Of a DNA stretch of 64,000 nt, positions 8,061 through 18,149 are shown in pieces (positions within the stretch are counted from its first letter, which is position 1; every line of letters starts with the position of its first letter). A program made the translations under genes and the position numbers. The notes under the pieces were generated by a model, which saw nothing but the letters and a program-made list of their open reading frames with translations, was not told the DNA's origin and made no database searches. This stretch comes from Smithellaceae bacterium (lineage in GTDB: Bacteria > Desulfobacterota > Syntrophia > Syntrophales > Smithellaceae): assembly GCA_963667845.2 (NCBI GenBank), contig CAXXVL010000002.1, positions 768,001-832,000 of the forward strand, read 5' to 3'.

Positions 8061-9992
8061 ATGAAAAGCTTACCCGAAGGACGAATCACCCCCCGGGAAC
8101 TTAAAAACACCGGAGTAAAATCCATACTCGATAAGATGCGCCGGCAAGAAGGATACTACGTTACCAACGCGGAACGGGATTTGTCCCAGTCGGATTTTAA
8201 AAATCGGATCATGCCCCATACGCAGATTCTGGTGGCTCCGGAAAGAAATGCCGCCGGTTTCTTTTCCCTGGAAATCACCGGCGGTGCGTCAGTGCATGTT
8301 GACCTGCTGCGCAAGCAGATGAATCCCCTCGAGAAGCTTGAGGTGCTTTCCGGTTACATGCCGGATACTCTTTTTCAGACGCTGTGCCGGGGCATCAATC
8401 TGTTCGGCTACCGCCCTTATCCGGAAAATGTCATCCGCCTGACCGTAGAGACGTTTGCGCGTTACGTCCACGTCTGGCGTGTTTTCGATTTCCTGAATTA
8501 TATTCCCAACATGATTCCCGTCTATGAAGAAGTCAAAAAGGCGGGACGGATTCTCGAAGCCGCAGTTTGTTTTTCCACCGGCCCCGAACACACCAACAAG
8601 TTCTACCTGAAAAAGGTTGCCGAGATTCTTGAGGTGACCGGACCGGATATCATTCTGGCCGTCAAGAATCACGCCGGCCTGGGAACGCCCCGGCGCATCG
8701 GCGATCTGATCCACGCGATTATGCAGAGGCATCCCGATCTGCTCGTTCATTACCACGGCCACAACACCGACGGCAACGAAATCGGCCGAGTGGTCACCGC
8801 CGTCCAAAACGGCGCAAAGATTTTCGACGCGGGAGACCATGCCCTGACCGGATTCTACGGCCCGCCACCGCTTCTTACCATTGTGAACATCCTCGATGAC
8901 TATGGCCACACGGCGATCGGTCTGGACAAGCAGGCTATCGTTGACGCCTCCAACAAGCTAAGACGGGAACGCCCGTGTTATCGTGATTTCGAGTCGCAGT
9001 TTTTCGGGTTTGATCCGACCGTGCAAACTCACAAGTTGCCCGGCGGGGCCACAGGTTCGAGTTTCGAGCAGGCGCAGAAAGGCGGATTTCTGACACGCAT
9101 GCCGGAAATTTTACAGAAGGAACTGCCCCGCGTGCAGACAGAACTGGGAAATTTTTGGAGCGTGACGCCCGGATCGCAGATTCTCTGGACGACAGCCGCC
9201 AACAATGTCGTCAAGGGAGCACGCTACAAAGACGCCAGCGATGATCTGAAGAACCTGCTGCTGGAACGATACGGCAAGTTTCCGTTTTATAAGCCGGGAC
9301 CCGAAATTTATGAAGCTGTGTTCGGTGAGGATTGGAAGAAGATTGTCAAAAGAGAATCTGGTTATCAGAAGATTGAAGATATCGACTTGACCATTGAAAA
9401 GAGAATGCTGGATCACGCGTTGGGCCGGAAAGCCACCGATGATGAACTGGTGCTGTATCTGCAGCATCCTAATGACGCCGTGAGCTTCTTCAAATTTGAG
9501 GAAAAATTCGGCAAGACCTGGGTTCTGCCGCCCAGTGTGTGGTTCAGGCGCGGCGGATTCAGCATCGGCGACAAATTTGAATTCCCCGACGCCTACGGCA
9601 AACACCATACCATTGAAATCGGCCCGATGCGGCGCACCAAAGACGGCGACTACATGACGATCCTCGGCGTCGATTATCATCCGGAGCCGATCTTAACAGC
9701 GGCAGAAGACGAAGCCGGTGAAAAAGCAAAAGTCAAGGTCACCCTTTCCGCCAAAGAAATAGAGACGCTGGCTCGGATAGGCGATATCCGCGCGACAATG
9801 AAAGGCGCGGTCAATCAGATCCCGGTGGCCGTGGGCGAAGCGGTCAGTGAAGGGGACGTTCTCGTTGTTTTGGAAGCCATGAAAATGCTGACCAACATCA
9901 CGGCCGAAATCAATGGCAAAGTGACAGATATTTTTGTTTCTCCCGGCTCCTCCGTGGAAATCGGCGATAAGCTGATGATGATTGAGATATAG
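8061..9992 (+). CDS. pycB: Carboxyltransferase plus biotin carrier subunit (pyruvate carboxylase subunit B-like, divergent)
   Basis: TIM-barrel motifs ERDLSQS, LCRGINLFGYRPYP, RVFDFLN, HYHGHNT, HKLPGG and VTPGSQ. C-terminal biotinyl motif EAMKM. Confidence 0.8.
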   Translation: MKSLPEGRITPRELKNTGVKSILDKMRRQEGYYVTNAERDLSQSDFKNRIMPHTQILVAPERNAAGFFSLEITGGASVHVDLLRKQMNPLEKLEVLSGYMPDTLFQTLCRGINLFGYRPYPENVIRLTVETFARYVHVWRVFDFLNYIPNMIPVYEEVKKAGRILEAAVCFSTGPEHTNKFYLKKVAEILEVTGPDIILAVKNHAGLGTPRRIGDLIHAIMQRHPDLLVHYHGHNTDGNEIGRVVTAVQNGAKIFDAGDHALTGFYGPPPLLTIVNILDDYGHTAIGLDKQAIVDASNKLRRERPCYRDFESQFFGFDPTVQTHKLPGGATGSSFEQAQKGGFLTRMPEILQKELPRVQTELGNFWSVTPGSQILWTTAANNVVKGARYKDASDDLKNLLLERYGKFPFYKPGPEIYEAVFGEDWKKIVKRESGYQKIEDIDLTIEKRMLDHALGRKATDDELVLYLQHPNDAVSFFKFEEKFGKTWVLPPSVWFRRGGFSIGDKFEFPDAYGKHHTIEIGPMRRTKDGDYMTILGVDYHPEPILTAAEDEAGEKAKVKVTLSAKEIETLARIGDIRATMKGAVNQIPVAVGEAVSEGDVLVVLEAMKMLTNITAEINGKVTDIFVSPGSSVEIGDKLMMIEI

Positions 9993-10019
9993 GTTGTTAG
10001 ACTGTGGACTTTTAGTCTA

Positions 10020-10057
10020 TTAAAGAAGGGAACGGCTATTAGCGTTCCCTTCTTTAA
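10020..10057. terminator. Bidirectional hairpin terminator between convergent pycB and cstA
   Basis: 15-bp stem ttaaagaagggaacg / cgttcccttctttaa. Confidence 0.8.
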
Positions 10058-10071
10058 TTTCAATGATGTCT

Positions 10072-11826
10072 TTATGCAGCCGCTCCCGCGCCATTCTTCT
10101 TCAGTTCCTTCCACTTCCTGAGAGCTAAATAAATTACGCCAAGAGAAAGAATAATCAGACCAACGTCCGTTACGGCAAGTGCCATGTTGCTCTTGGGAAT
10201 GTACTTATTGATCAGAAGGGACAGAAGCGAATAGATGGTGGTGACCATCATGAAAATCGCCGGCAGGATGGTAAACCAGGCTGTTTTCTTTCTTTTCGTG
10301 AGCCAGGCCGACACGGCAATTAAGGCGAGCGACGCGAGTAATTGATTGGCCGAGCCGAAGATCGGCCAGATGGCCGCAAAGGCATTCGTATACGCCAGAA
10401 GATACATCAAAACGACGCAGAGCAGAGCATTGAAAAGATATGATTTCATGATTTTCGGAACTTTTTTGAAAATTACCTGCCAGAGCTCTTCAAACAGGTA
10501 CCGGTTCAACCGGACGGCCGTGTCCAGCGTCGTAATTACGAAACCCTCAACCATCAGGATCCCGAAAACCGTCCCGTAAATCGGCGGAATGCCCAGGGCT
10601 TTATCCAGCAGTCCGCCGACGCTGACGGCAAACGCCAGAATCGGATTGGCTTTGACGCCGACCGCCGTGGGGAAAGCGATATTCACATAGTCGCTGAAGG
10701 CGATGCCGCAGCCGACGGCAATCATGACACCAATCGCCAGCAATCCCTCCAGCAACATTCCGCCAAAGGCAATCTTTTTAACATGCGATTCTTTGGAAAC
10801 CTGCTTGCTGGACGTTCCCCCCGCCACCAGGCAATGAAACCCGGAAACGGCGCCGCAGGCCACCGTAATAAACAGAAAGGGCCAGATAGGACCCAGTTTA
10901 CTGCTCCCCGCCGCCAAGTTGAAGGCGGGCGCCGTAAAGGTCACGCCTTTGAATCCGGCCACAATGCCGCCGATAAACAGCGCCGCGACGCCCACATAGA
11001 GTAAAAAAGAATTGGTAAAATCCCGGGGCTGCAGAATAATCCATACGGGAATTCCGGCCGCAATCAGCGTATAGAAACAAAGAATGATCATCCAGATATC
11101 GGGGCCCAGCGTCACCGGAAACCGCATGCCGACAAGAATGGAACCGATACAAACGATGACGGCCAGGGAGGCCGCCCAATAAACATGAATTCCCCGTTTA
11201 TAGACCAGCCAGCCGAGAAATGGCGCAAAAGCGGTGATGATAATGAGGGACGTTGAGGAAATCCCTCCGATCTGCGCGTTGAGCATACCATTAACCATAG
11301 CGGTATTCACGATATTCTGGTTGGGATCCAGTCGCATCATTTCAAGGGGAACCATAGAGGTGAGCGACACGGCGGTCAGCCCCAGAAACGCGGAGGTCAG
11401 AAGCAGGAGCATCAGGATGGCAAAACTGATGAATAAGAAGAACCCCGTGCTTCCCAGAGACTCCTTGGCGATCTCCGCGATGGATTTGCCTTTCTCCCGG
11501 ACACTGGCAAACAAAACGGTCATGTCCTGAACGGCACCGATAAAAATGGTGCCCACAACCGCCCACAGCCAGACGGGCAAAAATCCGAAAAGAATCGCCA
11601 CAGTGGGGCCGATGATGGGCCCGCCGCCGGCAATGCTTGCAAAATGATGGCCGAAAAGAATCAGGGGCTTAGTCGGCACATAGTCGCAATCGTCTTTCAG
11701 GGAACAAGCCGGTGTCGGGTTGTTGTCATTTTCTTCGAAAAGTCTTGCTATAAACCGAGCATAAAAACGATACGCCAAATAAAATAGTGCTGCCGCAATA
11801 ATCAATAATACTGCTACATTCATCAT
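10072..11826 (-). CDS. cstA: Carbon starvation protein A family transporter (peptide/pyruvate)
   Basis: DYVPT..LFGHHFASIAGGGPIIGP, PFLFITVACGAVSGFH, TTLDTAVRL, IWPIFGSANQLLA; many transmembrane segments. Confidence 0.93.
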   Translation of the reverse strand: MMNVAVLLIIAAALFYLAYRFYARFIARLFEENDNNPTPACSLKDDCDYVPTKPLILFGHHFASIAGGGPIIGPTVAILFGFLPVWLWAVVGTIFIGAVQDMTVLFASVREKGKSIAEIAKESLGSTGFFLFISFAILMLLLLTSAFLGLTAVSLTSMVPLEMMRLDPNQNIVNTAMVNGMLNAQIGGISSTSLIIITAFAPFLGWLVYKRGIHVYWAASLAVIVCIGSILVGMRFPVTLGPDIWMIILCFYTLIAAGIPVWIILQPRDFTNSFLLYVGVAALFIGGIVAGFKGVTFTAPAFNLAAGSSKLGPIWPFLFITVACGAVSGFHCLVAGGTSSKQVSKESHVKKIAFGGMLLEGLLAIGVMIAVGCGIAFSDYVNIAFPTAVGVKANPILAFAVSVGGLLDKALGIPPIYGTVFGILMVEGFVITTLDTAVRLNRYLFEELWQVIFKKVPKIMKSYLFNALLCVVLMYLLAYTNAFAAIWPIFGSANQLLASLALIAVSAWLTKRKKTAWFTILPAIFMMVTTIYSLLSLLINKYIPKSNMALAVTDVGLIILSLGVIYLALRKWKELKKNGAGAAA

Positions 11827-12275
11827 TTTCTCCTTAATCTACATGTCGTACAGGTACTTCATGACAGGGTGAAAAAAAATGGTTCACTTTCATTTATTGA
11901 CCGGCTTTTGCCCTCCTTTCGAAATATTTTTATAAAAAAGCCTCGGCGGCTCATTGTCTTTTGGAATAAAGTTATTATGATGATGTAATAGATTTTATTG
12001 AAGAAATTATTGTATTTGAGATTACTCATATCAGGTTTCACTCATTTGTGGCAGAGATCATGATATACAAAATTCAGTTCAATTCAAGAGTTTTTTGAAC
12101 AGTAAAAGCCATTCTTTGGTTCTTGACAATATTAAAATTGATGATATGGCAAAATAAACCGATCGTGAAGTGTGCGTGTCGATATGTTCGGCGATGCCGG
12201 AAAAGATTTTTAAGGCCTTGTCGGGCCAGATCAAAGTGATGAGCTACTAAAATAAATATAGAAGGAGTGAGTTTT

Positions 12276-13388
12276 ATGATTAAATCAAGATTGTGTGATC
12301 TGGTGGGGATCAAATATCCTATCATCCAGGCGGGTATGGGACCTTTTTCCAATAATAACCTTTGCGTCGCCGCGGCGAATGCCGGTGTTCTCGGGCTTCT
12401 CTCGACAAGCGGTCTTTTCAACAAGCAAGACCAGCCCTGGATCTACGAGGCTTTCATCAAAACAGCCGATTCCACCATGAACGATGATATGGCGACGGTT
12501 CTGGAAAATCTCTTAAAAAGAACCTATCGTCTTACCAAGGATCAGGGCGGCGTTTTCGGCATCAATGTCATGGTATCAGCAGAGCTTCGAGATAAAGCGA
12601 TGGTCATGATCGATACGGCCATCAAGGTTCGGGAAGAAAATCCGGATATTAAGAAACACTTTAAAGTCATCTTTACCTCCGCCGGTGACCCGGTCGGATT
12701 GAAAGACAAGATCAAGGGCGCAGGCTTCACCTGGATGCATGTGGTTCCATCCGTCAAGGGTGCACAGCGCTGTAAGAAAGCTGGCGTGGACGTCATCGTT
12801 GCCTCCGGGCACGAGGGCGGATTCCATACATCGTGGGAACCGGTTCACTCGATGATTCTTCTTCCCGCCGTGGTTGAAGCCGTTTCCGATGAGAAAACCC
12901 TTGTCTGCGGCGCCGGTGGATTCTGCGACGGCAAGACCCTCGCGGCCGCGCTGGTCCTGGGCGCTGACGGAGCCCAGATGGGTACACGCTTCCTGGCTAC
13001 TCAGGAAAGCGATTTCCACCAGATCTGGAAGCAAGGCGTCGTGGACGCGGGCGACCGCGGCACGCTGGTGGCGCGTGGCTTTGTCGGACCGGCGCGCTGG
13101 ATTAAGAATAAACGCAGTGAGGTCCATGCACTCAATACCTTGCAAAAATCCCCGGGCGTCTTTTTAGGTACACCGGATGATTATACCACCATTGACATGG
13201 CTCTGATCGACTATGAGGTTGATTCCATCCGCGCCGTCTGCCTGGGTGACCAGGAAAAAGCCATGATGGCCGCCGGAGAAGCAGCTCAGCGGATCAACGA
13301 TATGCCCAAGGTCAATGACCTGGTTCAAACTATCGTCACCGATGCAGAAACTATTCTCAGGAATGTGCAGACCAAAATCCTGGGTTAA
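12276..13388 (+). CDS. Nitronate monooxygenase / FabK-like FMN oxidoreductase
   Basis: IKYPIIQAGMG, SGHEGGFH, AGGFCDGKTLAAALVLGADGAQMGTRF. RBS AAGGAG precedes ATG 12276. Confidence 0.85.
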   Translation: MIKSRLCDLVGIKYPIIQAGMGPFSNNNLCVAAANAGVLGLLSTSGLFNKQDQPWIYEAFIKTADSTMNDDMATVLENLLKRTYRLTKDQGGVFGINVMVSAELRDKAMVMIDTAIKVREENPDIKKHFKVIFTSAGDPVGLKDKIKGAGFTWMHVVPSVKGAQRCKKAGVDVIVASGHEGGFHTSWEPVHSMILLPAVVEAVSDEKTLVCGAGGFCDGKTLAAALVLGADGAQMGTRFLATQESDFHQIWKQGVVDAGDRGTLVARGFVGPARWIKNKRSEVHALNTLQKSPGVFLGTPDDYTTIDMALIDYEVDSIRAVCLGDQEKAMMAAGEAAQRINDMPKVNDLVQTIVTDAETILRNVQTKILG

Positions 13389-13417
13389 TCAACTTACTCA
13401 TCCTCGCAAGAGTGCTT

Positions 13418-13451
13418 AAGAGGGGACGGCCTCGGCCGTTCCCTCTTTTTT
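13418..13451 (+). terminator. Rho-independent terminator
   Basis: aagaggggacggcc-tc-ggccgttccctctt followed by a T-tract. Confidence 0.8.
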
Positions 13452-13599
13452 GTGTCATCGTCATGAGGGTCCTTTGCGTATCAGAAGGCTGATGCTTGCA
13501 GTGACGCGCGTTCTCCCAGTTCAAGCGGTCGATGAAACCAATCATAAGGACGCAAAAGCGTCGCTGACGATCTATCTAAAATAGCGGTGCTCTTTCCGC

Positions 13600-13628
13600 T
13601 TGACACGGTTGTGTGTTCTTTCTATAGT
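13600..13628 (+). promoter_or_regulatory. Sigma70 promoter
   Basis: TTGACA-N17-TATAGT about 70 bp upstream of the enoyl-CoA hydratase. Confidence 0.7.
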
Positions 13629-13696
13629 GCCGGTCACGAGGAGTCGTTCGTCAATCGATTAATTTTAATAAAATCATAACATAAGGAGGAAAAACA

Positions 13697-14479
13697 ATGG
13701 CTTTTGAATATGAGAAACTGACAGTGGAACAAGACGGCATGGTTGTCGTCGCGGCAATCAATCATCCGCCGGCAAATTCAATGGGACAGGGAGTTTTGAG
13801 AGACCTCGAAGACCTGCTGAAGAAATGTGAAAAAGACGACGCCGTACGCGTCATCATCATCACCGGCACCGGCAGCAAATTGTTTTCCGCGGGCGCGGAC
13901 ATTACCGAATTCGCAGGACTTCAAGCTGGAAATATTCCCAAGTACAACGGCAATGAGATTTATTTCAAAATTGAAAATTATCCGAAAGTCATCATTGCCG
14001 CCATGCAGGGGGGTGCTTACGGAGGAGGCCTGGAATTAGCCTGCTGCTGCCATCTCAGAATCATGGCCGAAGAAGCAACATTGGGCCTTCCGGAAGTCAA
14101 ACTGGGCCTCAATCCCGGCTGGGGCGGCACGCAGCGCCTGCCCCGCTTCATCGGCAAGACCAAAGCTCTGGAACTTATGCTGACCGGCGATTTTATGCCG
14201 GCAAAAGACGCGTTGGCATTGGGGCTGCTCAACAAAGTCGTTCCGCAGGCTGAAGTGCTGGCAACAGCCAAGAAACTAGCCAAGAAACTAGCCAATGGCG
14301 CTCCGGTCGCGCAGCGTGAGATTATGAGAGCGGTTCGGGAAGGGCTGGAAACCACAGTCTTCGAAGGCGTTATGAAAGTTGAATACAGCGCCAGCAAAGC
14401 GTTGCAATTTACCGAAGATTTCAAGGAAGGCGCAAAGGCATTCCTCGAGAAAAGAGCACCGGTTTTCAAAGGCCGATAG
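13697..14479 (+). CDS. Enoyl-CoA hydratase/crotonase family protein
   Basis: FSAGADI, GGGLELA and LGLPEVKLGLNPGWGGTQRLPR; both catalytic Glu present. Strong RBS. Confidence 0.93.
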   Translation: MAFEYEKLTVEQDGMVVVAAINHPPANSMGQGVLRDLEDLLKKCEKDDAVRVIIITGTGSKLFSAGADITEFAGLQAGNIPKYNGNEIYFKIENYPKVIIAAMQGGAYGGGLELACCCHLRIMAEEATLGLPEVKLGLNPGWGGTQRLPRFIGKTKALELMLTGDFMPAKDALALGLLNKVVPQAEVLATAKKLAKKLANGAPVAQREIMRAVREGLETTVFEGVMKVEYSASKALQFTEDFKEGAKAFLEKRAPVFKGR

Positions 14480-14512
14480 TTGCGAACGGCTTAACCGTTT
14501 GACTAAAGATGC

Positions 14513-14551
14513 AAAGGCGGCGGTTGGATTCTTCCAACCGCCGCCTTTTTT
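14513..14551. terminator. Rho-independent terminator, probably bidirectional
   Basis: aaaggcggcggttgga-ttct-tccaaccgccgcctttttt. Confidence 0.85.
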
Positions 14552-14567
14552 GATCTGCAATAAAATC

Positions 14568-15185
14568 TCAGAGTGTATAAAGCTCTCTGATATCTGTTTG
14601 AGGATAAGAAAGCCTGCCGCCTTTATCAATAACCTGATTGCGGTACTTCTTCACAGAAATGACTTCCAGGGTCTCGATATGCTGGATGCTTTTGAGCATT
14701 TTGGTTTTGCCAAGTAATTTCTTGTAACTATCATAGGATTCCGTAATCACTTCGACAATAAATGAACTCGCTCCCTGAATGTGCAGAATGGAATGCACGA
14801 TGCGCATCTTTTTCAGCAATTCGATCAGTTTTTCGTCGTGATGCGGATTATCAATGAGCATGAAAAAATGAAAACGGTCCGTAAGATCCCTGTAATCTTT
14901 TAAATCAAATTCTCCCTTTTGTTTGAAGACATCAATCACTTTCTGTGTCTGCATGGAAATGACCGACGGAATACCTGCGGCAAGTTTGAGTGATTTGAGC
15001 TGGTTAATCCAATCGCTTAACTGCGCTTTATCGTCAAAATTGGAGTCGATGATGTAACTATAACGTCCCATGACATGGAAAATGGATATCGCATGCGAAT
15101 TTCCTTTGAGAAATTCCATCACACCACTTTCCTCACCCCAGTTTTGGATAAAGATCAGTGCGTGCAGAACATGATTATTTGACAT
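14568..15185 (-). CDS. Protein with two Lrp/AsnC ligand-binding (RAM-like) domains and no HTH
   Basis: Start MSNNHV follows RBS AGGAGGAG. Two similar units: SIFHVMGRYSYII...QTQKVIDVFK and SILHIQGASSFIV...ETLEVISVKK. Confidence 0.65.
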   Translation of the reverse strand: MSNNHVLHALIFIQNWGEESGVMEFLKGNSHAISIFHVMGRYSYIIDSNFDDKAQLSDWINQLKSLKLAAGIPSVISMQTQKVIDVFKQKGEFDLKDYRDLTDRFHFFMLIDNPHHDEKLIELLKKMRIVHSILHIQGASSFIVEVITESYDSYKKLLGKTKMLKSIQHIETLEVISVKKYRNQVIDKGGRLSYPQTDIRELYTL

Positions 15186-15253
15186 GGCTCCTCCTGTTTT
15201 TTTTGCAAGTGGCTTTGAAAAAAGGATTGAACTCATTTCCCTATGTGATGTAA

Positions 15254-15283
15254 AGTATATGAAATATGACATTGACGTGTCAA
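15254..15283 (-). promoter_or_regulatory. Sigma70 promoter overlapped by palindrome TGACA-N6-TGTCA (15267-15282)
   Basis: TTGACA-N18-TATACT on the minus strand, in a divergent intergenic region. Confidence 0.55.
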
Positions 15284-15337
15284 GCGGCATTTCGCGAGCA
15301 ACTGAAATTCTGAAAAAAACATGGTATGGAGGATAAT

Positions 15338-15763
15338 ATGAGAGTGAAGAAATTATTTTTTTATACGCTCTTGATGGCATTCTTTTTTGTACCGTCAACG
15401 TTACTTGCGGTAGACTTCGCCTGGATGTCCAATTTCAATATTCAGGCACAGGCAGATCCTTCCGGTTTTCGCGCGAAGATCGGAGCGCGGTTCAACATCG
15501 GCGATGCCCAGATCACAACCGTACTTAGCAATTTCCCCGAACCGGCCGATGCTTACGTCGCACTGCGTTTAGGGGAAATGTCCGGACGGCCGATTGACGT
15601 CGTGACGGAGCGATATCAGAAAAATAGAGGCCAAGGATGGGGAGCGCTGGCTAAAAGCCTGGGCATTAAACCCGGTTCGCCTGAATTCCATGCTCTCAAG
15701 CGCGGAGATGATCTCTATGGCCAAAAAGGCAAGAGCAAAGGTAAGAAGGATAAGAAAAAATAA
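15338..15763 (+). CDS. Secreted hypothetical protein
   Basis: RBS GGAGG, signal-peptide-like N-terminus, segment GWGALAKSLGIKPGSPEFHALK and a Lys-rich tail. Confidence 0.75.
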   Translation: MRVKKLFFYTLLMAFFFVPSTLLAVDFAWMSNFNIQAQADPSGFRAKIGARFNIGDAQITTVLSNFPEPADAYVALRLGEMSGRPIDVVTERYQKNRGQGWGALAKSLGIKPGSPEFHALKRGDDLYGQKGKSKGKKDKKK

Positions 15764-16190
15764 GAACGCTATTTTGATATGCTAGTCCGTATATCCGATA
15801 ATCTCCCCGCGTCACTTTGATACAAAGATCGAGTTTTTTTCTGCGGAGAATACGGTCCTCTCAAAAAAATTGATGGTCACCGTTGACGGCGTACAGGGAT
15901 GGAAGCCGTCGACCAGACCGCAAAGCCTTGATGACGCACGCTTCACAAAAACTGACTATCACCTGCTGAAGAATCGGCTGGTTCTTTATGTACCGCCCGT
16001 CATGATATTTTATTCGGCTGCTATTTTTATTTGTCGGAGCATTTTATTTTCTATCTTCATCCCGGTGTTTATCAATGCAGTCGCAGCTATTCAGGGCATC
16101 TGATTTGCCGGAAATGAACAAGCCGGCAGGTACGGGAAAACGATAATTTGGGGCATCACTGAAGAAATCGGCCGGCCCCGATGAGCTCTC

Positions 16191-16605
16191 CTGCTGATCT
16201 TTGCCGAAGGCCGCAAATACTTATCAAAAAATTCTCTTTTGACGATCCGGCGAACAGGATAATGATGTCCAGCGTCAGACCTTCGGTTCCGACATTCAGT
16301 TCATCCGTCATTGAATAGCATTTGTTTAACCGAGGCGGCATCATCAAGATTATGACCGGCCGCAATGATCGACGCTTCCTGATGGAAACGGGTCAGCCGG
16401 CAGAACATGACGACTATGCTTTTATCTGCATCGAAGACGATTGGCCGAGTATGACTCAGGAAATGCGCAAGCGCTCATTTCCAAACCTTTTTTCATAACA
16501 AACCTGCGTGGCCGCCGCGTTGGAATTATCAAAAACCACGACGGCCTGACGACAGTTGATTCCGTATTGGGTAAAGACACAAGAGTCATCATCTATCTGC
16601 TCTGC
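16191..16605 (+). pseudogene. Degraded histidine kinase remnant (post-HisKA segment and HATPase_c)
   Basis: Fragments across frames: LLIFAEGRKY; GGIIKIMT...DYAFICIEDDWPSMTQEMRKR; ISKPFFITNLRGRRVGIIKNHDGLTTVDSVLGKDTRVIIYL. Stops, frameshifts and loss of the GLGL box. Confidence 0.7.
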
Positions 16606-16644
16606 GCCGAAAGCGGGGAAAAATGCAGGGAATCCGTTCAATAT

Positions 16645-16674
16645 AAAAGGCGGCATTCTTTCGAATGCCGCCTT
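16645..16674 (-). terminator. Terminator of the ABC/CoA-transferase operon
   Basis: Minus strand reads aaggcggcattc-gaaa-gaatgccgcctttt. Confidence 0.8.
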
Positions 16675-16717
16675 CCTCTGACTTTGTTTCTTTAAGCTCG
16701 CGTGCCCGACAGGGGTA

Positions 16718-18079
16718 CTATTTTCTTAATTCCGCCGGTTTTTTGTAGCGCTTGGGGTCAACCCACTTGGCCACATAGGCTTCGTTTTCCGGACAGGACT
16801 CATGCAAATAGGCAATCTTCCCGCCCTGCTGGAACTGGACAATTAGCTGATAGTAATAGCCCGGATAAGTTTTCCACGGATCCTTCGGATTGACTCTCAT
16901 CCGTGAATGGAAGAAAGGTTTAATCTTCTGGGTTTCATATTTCACCTTTCCCAGAGAATAAACTGTTTCCACATCCTCCATAGCCTTGATTAGTTTCTTG
17001 ATGTCTCCGGTCCCTTTGGCTCTCTCAATAGCCGCCTTGAAATGATAGATATCCGCATACGCGATGTGAACGTGAATCTGCATGGGGATTTTTCGAGCGT
17101 GGGCTTTTTTTACAAGCGGTATGGTTTTGTCCGTCAGAGCAATATCATCAAGATCTGTGTAGGAACTGATGATACTCAATGCCTTGCCTCCCGTCATCTT
17201 CCAGTAATCCTGGGTCTGGGCAACGCCGCCGTAAAGGTTAACCTGAATGTCTTTAGCCGCGGAATCGGCCCACTGCTTGGCGAAAGATTCCGTGTCGGTA
17301 AACCAGGAACTGATATAAAAAATCAGATCGGCGTTTGATTTTTTGATATCCTGAAGAATCGGCAGATACATCGTGCCGCGGGGCTTCACCGCTTTGCTGT
17401 AAACAATTTCCAGGCCGCAATCTTTTGCCATTTTTTCCCAGGTCGGCAAATTGATATAACTGATGCCTTTGCGCCATTCCGTCGTCCAGGCCAGGTCTTC
17501 CCAGAGAAACGCAATCTTTCTGGCTTTTTCATATTCAGGAATCGTTTTGCAGAAGAAATATTTCTGTTGGGCGTAATGCGCCGGTTCCGGATCCCAATCG
17601 CGGAAGCAATGATCGTATTTCGGCGCTTCGTCGATGATCCGCGCCGTCAGTTCGGAACCCATCGGCCCGTTGAAAACCAGAATATGTGGATACTCTTTCG
17701 CCAGCATTCCGGATGCTTCCTGCACGGCCAGACAGATTTCCGACCGGCCTTCCACAGAAACAAACTTGGCCTTATCTTCAATGACCAGCTTGCGAAACGC
17801 CTCTACGGACAACGACGTGTCGCCTTTATTATCCATGACCACATACTTTACCGGTCGACCCAGAATACCGCCCATGGCGTTGACCTCTTCAACGGCCATC
17901 TTCTGGATGTCCATACAAGGCCGGGTACCGGGTGAGGCCACCATGCCGATGTAACCGATGACGAAGGGTTCGCCTTTTGGCTGTGCCCCTGAGATGGATG
18001 GTGCGCCGATTGCAATCGCAACCAGGAGCATCAATGCTGTAAAAACGACAATGTTAACACTTCTTGTTCGCTTCATCAT
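16718..18079 (-). CDS. ABC transporter substrate-binding protein, LivJ/HAAT-like
   Basis: Signal peptide; MAVEEVNAMGGILGRPVKYVVMDNKGD; last gene of the liv-type operon. Confidence 0.85.
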   Translation of the reverse strand: MMKRTRSVNIVVFTALMLLVAIAIGAPSISGAQPKGEPFVIGYIGMVASPGTRPCMDIQKMAVEEVNAMGGILGRPVKYVVMDNKGDTSLSVEAFRKLVIEDKAKFVSVEGRSEICLAVQEASGMLAKEYPHILVFNGPMGSELTARIIDEAPKYDHCFRDWDPEPAHYAQQKYFFCKTIPEYEKARKIAFLWEDLAWTTEWRKGISYINLPTWEKMAKDCGLEIVYSKAVKPRGTMYLPILQDIKKSNADLIFYISSWFTDTESFAKQWADSAAKDIQVNLYGGVAQTQDYWKMTGGKALSIISSYTDLDDIALTDKTIPLVKKAHARKIPMQIHVHIAYADIYHFKAAIERAKGTGDIKKLIKAMEDVETVYSLGKVKYETQKIKPFFHSRMRVNPKDPWKTYPGYYYQLIVQFQQGGKIAYLHESCPENEAYVAKWVDPKRYKKPAELRK

Positions 18080-18149
18080 TTCCCCTCCTCCTCAAAAAAA
18101 AGACTTTAAAAATTTTCTGATCAAATTTCTGCCGAATATTTGATCCCCC

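Noticed and set aside
13520..13595. GGACGCAAAAG...TAGCGG resembling a c-di-GMP-I riboswitch
   Set aside because: No GGCAAA/GAAA P1 stem, and it lies upstream of the predicted -35, so it is not in the leader.
14266..14295. 12-bp tandem repeat agccaagaaact (AKKLAKKLA)
   Set aside because: Fits the normal crotonase helix with no apparent length change.
15186..15398. N-terminal extension of the 276-aa ORF
   Set aside because: It overlaps the divergent gene and the promoter; the strong RBS supports a start at 15185.
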